From Candidatus Hydrogenedentota bacterium (lineage in GTDB: Bacteria; Hydrogenedentota; Hydrogenedentia; Hydrogenedentales; SLHB01): a DNA stretch of 64,000 nt. The translations under genes were made by a program, and so were the position numbers. A model generated the notes under the pieces. It saw only the letters and a program-made list of their open reading frames with translations, was not told where the DNA came from and did not search any database. Below are positions 58,047 to 64,000 of the stretch, piece after piece. Each line of letters starts with the position of its first letter. Positions within the stretch are counted from its first letter, which is position 1. The stretch lies in assembly GCA_963745075.1 (NCBI GenBank), contig CAVUWV010000020.1:1-64000 (forward strand), in the 5' to 3' direction.

Positions 58047-59642
58047 ATGAACATATCGCGTCGTACATTTATGAAATTAGGAGCCGCAGGGACGGCGGCA
58101 ACGCTTGCCTCGCATCCGTTGCACGCCTTGGAAGCGGGACGAACCGGCAGTCGCAGGTATCATGTTTGCGCCGCGCCGAGCGTGCTCCAGGCGAATCCGG
58201 AGTTGTTGCACGTATTCGCTAAGGCGGGCGTCGGCCACGTTTGGATGGCGGGGTTCTTCTACGGCTACTGGCCGGTCGAACCGGAGGTCATTCAGCGCTG
58301 GATGGGACGGGTGGAAGACGCAGGGATGACGCCGCACGTCATCAACATTCCGCTCGGGCATCCGGGGGATTCGTTAGGCGCGCCCGGCGACACCGTGGCA
58401 CTGGTTCCGCCAAGCCATTGGCGCATGGCGGCGCGTCCCGACGGAACGACGTATTCGGGCACGTCACTCCACGCGCCTGCTACGGAGGAAAATGTGGCCG
58501 CGATGAAGCGCCTCGCTCCTCTGGGCGTGGACCGCGTGTTTCTCGACGACGATTTCCGGCTGGCCGTCGGACCGGGCGTCATCGGCGGCTGCTTTTGCGA
58601 CGAACACCGCGACGCATTTCTGACCAAATACGGCTACGCGGCAGAACAATGGCCGGCGTTGTTGGACGATGTGAAGGCGCGGCGCTTGTCTCCCCTGCTC
58701 CGTTCATGGGTCGAGTTCACCTGCGACCAGCTCACCGCTTGCTTTCGGGCGCAGCAGGCGGCGGCTCCCAACATCGAACTGGGCAATATGATCATGTACT
58801 TCGGCGCGGAGAAGGCCGGGATCCGGGTGGCCGACTATGCGAACGGGCCGTTCCGCGTAGGTGAACTCATGTTCAACGACAAGAGCTTTGCGCCAGTGAA
58901 GGGCAAGACCAACGAACTGTATAGTTGCCTGTTCCACCGCCGTTACGCCAAACCCGACCTGGCCTTCAGTGAGACGACGGCCTTCCCGGCGGACCAATTG
59001 TCCGCGCCGAACATGGCCGCGAAACTGGCGGTCTCCACCATCGCAGATGTCCGCAACACCATGTACATGTCCGGCATCACGCCGTTTCCTGTGACTCATT
59101 GGGATGTGCTCGCGCCCGCAATGAAGAAGCATGCGGCGATCCACGAACGGCTCGCCGGACACAAGCCCGCCGGACCCTTCAAACATTACTGGGGCGAAGC
59201 CAGCCGATACATCGGAGACGACAATCCGTACAGCCTTTTTCTGGCAGCCGGCGTGCCCTTCGAAGTGGTCGATAGACCCGGCACCGATGGCTGGACCTTT
59301 CTCTCCGAATGGGAGGCGCGTGATGTCGTAGAGGGAAAGATTCCGTCGCCGGGTACCACCTTCGTTACACGACAGACTTCCGTGTCGAATTCCCCGGGTC
59401 TCCGTGCCATCCCGGAGGAACTGCCTGCGTTGTTCGAGTTCAAACGCAGCATCGCGACAGACTTGCAGGACATCCCACACGTCGTCGAAGACGAACCCGC
59501 CGTTTGCGCGTGGTACCCGACGGCGCGCGCGGTGCTGCTGTGGAACCTGTCGGAGACCCCAAAAACGATCTCCGTAGCATTAGGCGATCGGCGATTGCCC
59601 GTGGAGCTGGGTGCGCTCGATGTTTCACTGATTGATACGTGA
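58047..59642 (+). CDS. Tat-signal hypothetical protein (possible glycoside-hydrolase-like fold)
   Basis: MNISRRTFMK twin-arginine signal; FLDDDFRL..GGCFCDEH..F motif; GGAGGG RBS. Confidence 0.7.
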   Translation: MNISRRTFMKLGAAGTAATLASHPLHALEAGRTGSRRYHVCAAPSVLQANPELLHVFAKAGVGHVWMAGFFYGYWPVEPEVIQRWMGRVEDAGMTPHVINIPLGHPGDSLGAPGDTVALVPPSHWRMAARPDGTTYSGTSLHAPATEENVAAMKRLAPLGVDRVFLDDDFRLAVGPGVIGGCFCDEHRDAFLTKYGYAAEQWPALLDDVKARRLSPLLRSWVEFTCDQLTACFRAQQAAAPNIELGNMIMYFGAEKAGIRVADYANGPFRVGELMFNDKSFAPVKGKTNELYSCLFHRRYAKPDLAFSETTAFPADQLSAPNMAAKLAVSTIADVRNTMYMSGITPFPVTHWDVLAPAMKKHAAIHERLAGHKPAGPFKHYWGEASRYIGDDNPYSLFLAAGVPFEVVDRPGTDGWTFLSEWEARDVVEGKIPSPGTTFVTRQTSVSNSPGLRAIPEELPALFEFKRSIATDLQDIPHVVEDEPAVCAWYPTARAVLLWNLSETPKTISVALGDRRLPVELGALDVSLIDT

Positions 59643-59811
59643 CGTATGTCACCAATTTCACACTTCCTGTCTATGAAGACCATTCCGTTTTAGCCGGGGA
59701 AGGTATAGAATTGCGGTGTGAATTTCGGTAAGCGTCCACGGCGGGCGCAACGCCGGTAGTCTGATTCCGGGGGGAGTCGGCTTGGCAACGCAATCGGTAA
59801 AAGGGGGAACC

Positions 59812-60966
59812 ATGAACGAATCCAATCGACACGACATTGTGAATCGTCGAACGTTTTTTGCCCAAGGGGCCGCCGGTATGGGACTGACCGTGGCCGGGTC
59901 GCTGGCCCAGGCGCAGGAAGGTGCTCCGGCCGTGCCGGGGGAAGTGCCCATGCGTACGCTGGGTCAAACCGGAATGAAGGTCAGCGAAGTAAGCGCGGGC
60001 GCCATGCGGACCTCCGAAGCGGCGGTGCTCCAGGCGGCCTTCGACCGGGGTGTCAACTACGTCGACACGGCCCACTGTTACATGGGCGGCCGCAACGAGC
60101 ACATCGTGGCCGAAGCCATCAAGGGACGGCGGGACAAGCTGTTCGTGGCCACGAAGGTCCACGTAGTGACACCGAAGGCGGACGTGATTAAGTCGCTCGA
60201 GGAAAGCCTGAAAGCGTTGGGAACGGACCATGTGGACATCCTGCAGCTCCACATGCCGCCGGTGGAGAACGTGCTGCACGCGGACGCCAAAGCGGCCTGC
60301 GCGGAACTCAAGCAGCAGGGCAAAATTCGCTTCGCCGGCGTGACCACGCACAGCAACCAGGTGGAGGTGCTGGATGCCGTGACGAACGACCCGGACCACT
60401 TCTACGACACGGTGCTGGTGGCGTACAACTTTGAAAGTCCGCCGGAAATCGGGGCGGCCATCGACCGTGCCGCCAAGGCGGGCGTGGGCATTATCGCCAT
60501 GAAGACCCAGGCGGGCGGATACAAGACGGATACGATGGCGGGGGCGACGCCGCATCAGGCCGCGATCAAATGGGTTTTGCAGAATCCGAACGTGCACACC
60601 TGCATTCCGGCGATGGTCAATCTGCAGCAGGTCGTCGAAGATACCGGCGCGATGGGGCTGAAATTGACGCGGGCCGACGAGGAGGCACTGGCGGAGTATG
60701 CGCGGTTCACGCGGTCCCGGTATTGCCGGCTTTGCCAGGAGTGCGTGAAGACCTGCCCGTTGGGGGTCGACATTCCGACGGTCAACCGGTCGCTCATGTA
60801 CGCCGAAGGATACAACGACTACGGACTGGCAAAAGAGACGTACGCACGCGTGCCGCTGGCGCAATCGGCATCGGTCTGCGCAGACTGCGCGACGTGTACG
60901 GCGCGTTGCGTCAAAGGGGTGAACATCTCCGGTAACATGGCGCGCGCACACGTGTTATTTGCATAA
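59812..60966 (+). CDS. Aldo/keto reductase with C-terminal 4Fe-4S dicluster and Tat-like signal
   Basis: NRRTFF; RTLGQTG, DTAHCY, ATK and IIAMK; CRLCQECVKTCP and CADCATCTARC. Confidence 0.9.
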   Translation: MNESNRHDIVNRRTFFAQGAAGMGLTVAGSLAQAQEGAPAVPGEVPMRTLGQTGMKVSEVSAGAMRTSEAAVLQAAFDRGVNYVDTAHCYMGGRNEHIVAEAIKGRRDKLFVATKVHVVTPKADVIKSLEESLKALGTDHVDILQLHMPPVENVLHADAKAACAELKQQGKIRFAGVTTHSNQVEVLDAVTNDPDHFYDTVLVAYNFESPPEIGAAIDRAAKAGVGIIAMKTQAGGYKTDTMAGATPHQAAIKWVLQNPNVHTCIPAMVNLQQVVEDTGAMGLKLTRADEEALAEYARFTRSRYCRLCQECVKTCPLGVDIPTVNRSLMYAEGYNDYGLAKETYARVPLAQSASVCADCATCTARCVKGVNISGNMARAHVLFA

Positions 60967-60977
60967 AGGAACTTACG

Positions 60978-61901
60978 ATGCTGTCGATCTATAAAGGGGC
61001 GCATTCCGCCCTGGGCATGGCTTTCGTCTTCATATTGGTGGCGGGGTGCGCCACAACGGGCAGTCACATTGAGTTGACAAACACCTTGCCCCCTTCGGAT
61101 ATCGGTGACGGCTGGCACGCCACCGACCCAGTTGCAGTGTTCGATACGGAGACCATTTTCAACCATATCGACGGCGAATCCGAATTGTTCTTTCCCTACG
61201 GATTTCGCGGCGCCGCGTATGTGTCATATGCCAACGAACAATACGCCGACGTGACGATTGAAGCGGATGTTTATGAAATGGGGTCCTCCCTCGACGCCTT
61301 CGGAGTCTACTCAAACTTCCGGTATCCCGATGCCGACCTGATTACGCTGGGGTGCGAGGGGTTTATCAGCGACCAACAACTGATGTTCTATTCGGATGTG
61401 TATTTCGTGAAGCTGACGGTGGTCGGCTCGCTGAGAGACGGGCGGAACGCGTTGGAGGTCTGTGCGGACTCGATTCGAAGACGCCTGCCGAAGTCGTCCC
61501 AGCCGCCGAAGGAACTCGAGCTTGTCGCGGTGGACGGCGTCATCCCCGAGACGGAAATGTATATCGCGGACAGTCTCCTCGGATACGAATTCTTCCCGAA
61601 AGGTTTCGTGGCGAAGGCGGGCACGGAAGAGGCACCGGATCGCATATTTGTGTCAATCTTTGACGATTCCGCCGGCGCCGCGGAGGCCCTGCACGCTTAT
61701 CGCGCGTATCTGGAGAAGAACGGCGCCTCGATAAGCGACACAACCGCCGGCGCAACCCCATGCCAAGCCGCGATGGACCCGCTATACAAGGGTGTAGCCT
61801 TCGCGCAGTGCGGGCCGTATGTATACGGAGTCATCGGTTACGCGGACACGGCCTACGTTCCGGCGATCTTCGAGGCGCTTGCGTCCCATCTGAACTCCTG
61901 A
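60978..61901 (+). CDS. Lipoprotein (DUF6599-like)
   Basis: VAGC lipobox; IFNHIDGESELFFPYGF, DVYEMGS..DAFGVYS and YIADSLLGYEFF. Confidence 0.7.
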   Translation: MLSIYKGAHSALGMAFVFILVAGCATTGSHIELTNTLPPSDIGDGWHATDPVAVFDTETIFNHIDGESELFFPYGFRGAAYVSYANEQYADVTIEADVYEMGSSLDAFGVYSNFRYPDADLITLGCEGFISDQQLMFYSDVYFVKLTVVGSLRDGRNALEVCADSIRRRLPKSSQPPKELELVAVDGVIPETEMYIADSLLGYEFFPKGFVAKAGTEEAPDRIFVSIFDDSAGAAEALHAYRAYLEKNGASISDTTAGATPCQAAMDPLYKGVAFAQCGPYVYGVIGYADTAYVPAIFEALASHLNS

Positions 61902-62068
61902 TTTTCATTTCAAATCGGCCCGACGGTGGGTGAAAATACTCGTCCGTTACCGAAAATGGAAATTCTGGGGTAAGATACTGGGGGTCCAATATTGCACCAC
62001 GACGCCAGTGTCCGCGGGTCGTGGCGGAAGATACGAGGTGCCGACAGAACAGCGGAGCTGCGCGAACC

Positions 62069-64000
62069 ATGACGGAACAGTCCGACCTTTATCTCCGGGT
62101 AATCGAGAGTCTGCACGATCCGATGATTCTGCTGGATGCCGCGGGCAATGTGGTCCATCGGAATCATGCCGCGGTTGCGCTGTTCACGGAACTGGTTGAA
62201 AGCGGGGGTTCCCCGGAATTGGACGCGTCCGGCCGCCAACTTCCTCCGTGGCTGGATGATACCCTGCGCAATCTTATGGGCGGCATCAGCCGGATGGCCG
62301 ACGAGCATCAATCGGTGACGACACGCAGCGGCGTGCGGCACTTCGAAATCGAGTTGGAGCGGATCGCGGATCCGCAAGGCAACGTGCGGGGAATGGCGGT
62401 AATTCTGCACGACATCACGGAGTTGAAGGACGCGGAAAACGCCATCCGATACCGGAGCGATTTCGCGCGTTTGGTGTCCGACATTTCGTCGCGATTCGTT
62501 GGGGTATTTCTGGAAGAATTCGACCACGCGCTGGAGGAATCACTGGCGAAGCTGGGGCAGTTTGCCGAAGCCGATTCGGCGTACGTCTTTCAGTTCACGG
62601 ATTCCGGAAGCCGTTTCTCGATGACGCATTTGTGGGAATCGGAAGACTTCGAGGGGCTAGGCGAGAAGATCGAAAACATGGACGCGGATACGATGCCGTG
62701 GTGGATGGAGCGGCTTCAGCGATCGGAGGTCGTGGCCTTGTCCTCGCTGAACGAACTCCCGGAGGAAGCGGCCACGGAACGGGCCGTCCTGGAGGCGCAG
62801 GGACTCCAATCGACGGTAGACGTGCCATTGAGTTATCAAGGGAAGACCCTCGGGTTTATGGGATTGGGTTCCGCCCGGAATGCGCGGACTTGGACGCCGG
62901 ATGAGATCAATCTGTTGAAGATTGTGGGACAAGTCTTCACGAACGCGCTCCAACACAAACGTGCGGAGGAGACATTGGGGCACGAGCGCAATCTCCTGCG
63001 CATCGTCATCGACAACCTGCCGGATTACATCTACGCGAAAGATGCGAAGAGCCGGTTCGTGCTGAATAATCGCGCCCACATCCGTTTGCTCCGGGCGAGT
63101 GCGCCGGAGGAGGTCTTCGGCAAGACCGATTACGACATCTTTCCCCGGGGATTGGCGGACCAGTATTTCACCGACGAGCAGCGCGTGATCGACTCCGGCG
63201 AAGCGTTGGTGAATCGCGAAGAATCGGTCGTGACGGAAGACGGAACACCGCGGTGGCTCCTGACGACGAAGGTGCCGTGGTTCGACAACGAGGGCAAGCC
63301 TCAGGGCATCGTGGGGATGAGCCGGGATATCACGATGCGCAAGGAGATGGCGCAAGAGCTGGAATCGCACGCGCAGCTACTCGAACAAGCGAACTCCGAG
63401 TTACAGTTGCGCAACCAGGAACTCGACGAATTCACCTACATCGCCAGCCACGATCTCCAGGAACCGCTTCGAAAGCTCATCGCGTTCAGTGACGTTTTGC
63501 GGGAAGACATGGCCGCAAACGACCAGAAAGAAGTCCATCGCGATCTCGAGATTATCGCGTCGGCCGCACAACGGATGCAGACGCTCGTGAAAGATCTGCT
63601 CGCGTTATCCCGGTCCGGGCGGCAGAGCATGGCGTGGGAGGAGGTGGACCTTTCGGACTGTGTGGACCTGGTGATGGACACGCTGGAAGTGCGGGTGCGC
63701 GAACAACGCGCCGTCGTCGAGCAGGACTCGCTGCCTGCGGTGATGGGGGACCGGACGCTTTTGGTCCAGCTCTACCAGAACCTCATCAGCAACGCGTTGA
63801 AGTTTCAGGGCGATGCGCCTCCGCGAATCCGGATTACCGCCGAGAAACTCGAAGAAGATTGGATTTTGGGCGTTGTGGACAACGGGATCGGAATCAAGTC
63901 GGAGTACGCCGAGCAGATCTTTGCCCCCTTCAAGCGGCTTCACGGACGCGGCGAATACGAGGGAACTGGCATTGGGCTCGCCATCTGCCGTAAGATTGTG
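62069..64000 (+). CDS. PAS/GAF/PAS sensor histidine kinase (partial, runs off the window end)
   Basis: Translated by hand from ATG 62069: PAS, GAF, PAS (NLPDYIYAKD), H-box FTYIASHDLQEPLRK, NLISNALKF, DNGIGI and GTGIGLAICRKIV. Absent from the ORF track because there is no stop in the window. Confidence 0.92.
   Translation, partial: MTEQSDLYLRVIESLHDPMILLDAAGNVVHRNHAAVALFTELVESGGSPELDASGRQLPPWLDDTLRNLMGGISRMADEHQSVTTRSGVRHFEIELERIADPQGNVRGMAVILHDITELKDAENAIRYRSDFARLVSDISSRFVGVFLEEFDHALEESLAKLGQFAEADSAYVFQFTDSGSRFSMTHLWESEDFEGLGEKIENMDADTMPWWMERLQRSEVVALSSLNELPEEAATERAVLEAQGLQSTVDVPLSYQGKTLGFMGLGSARNARTWTPDEINLLKIVGQVFTNALQHKRAEETLGHERNLLRIVIDNLPDYIYAKDAKSRFVLNNRAHIRLLRASAPEEVFGKTDYDIFPRGLADQYFTDEQRVIDSGEALVNREESVVTEDGTPRWLLTTKVPWFDNEGKPQGIVGMSRDITMRKEMAQELESHAQLLEQANSELQLRNQELDEFTYIASHDLQEPLRKLIAFSDVLREDMAANDQKEVHRDLEIIASAAQRMQTLVKDLLALSRSGRQSMAWEEVDLSDCVDLVMDTLEVRVREQRAVVEQDSLPAVMGDRTLLVQLYQNLISNALKFQGDAPPRIRITAEKLEEDWILGVVDNGIGIKSEYAEQIFAPFKRLHGRGEYEGTGIGLAICRKIV

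Noticed and set aside
1..64000. CRISPR arrays, rRNA/tRNA genes, prophage or defence systems
   Set aside because: No regularly spaced direct repeats, RNA gene signatures, or cas/phage/defence motifs were found on reading the window.

Overview
GC-rich bacterial chromosomal segment. The style of the DUF1559/H-X9-DG prepilin-like protein suggests Candidatus Hydrogenedentes or a PVC-like lineage (inference). In order, the window holds: (1) a cluster of Y1/HUH (RAYT-like) transposase elements bounded by GGG(G)ACAG-type perfect terminal inverted repeats (1-1.7 kb); (2) housekeeping genes (lgt, xth, PduO-type adenosyltransferase, LON-domain protein, MEMO1, Nif3, glgA, tsaE); (3) a TPR-like Ser/Thr kinase with two divergent glycosyltransferase-like genes; (4) an unannotated ~167-nt rod-shaped RNA candidate (6S-like), then metallophosphoesterase, hisB, GT2, phosphodiesterase, USP, HDOD and GT4 genes; (5) a DUF1559 gene, an ABC-F ATPase and an MFS transporter; (6) a four-subunit 2-oxoacid:ferredoxin oxidoreductase operon ending in an HdrA-like flavoprotein that lacks the canonical Cys motifs; (7) a MerR regulator, hemF, an SSS transporter and a Wzx/Wzy-type polysaccharide locus; (8) an ABC exporter, an oxidoreductase, several REP/REPIN palindromes, a broken DUF4838 gene, Tat-signal proteins and a PAS/GAF histidine kinase running off the end. 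Several single-base frameshifts between 23 and 57 kb look like long-read assembly errors. No rRNA, tRNA or CRISPR array was seen. All family calls come from reading motifs by eye, not from database searches.
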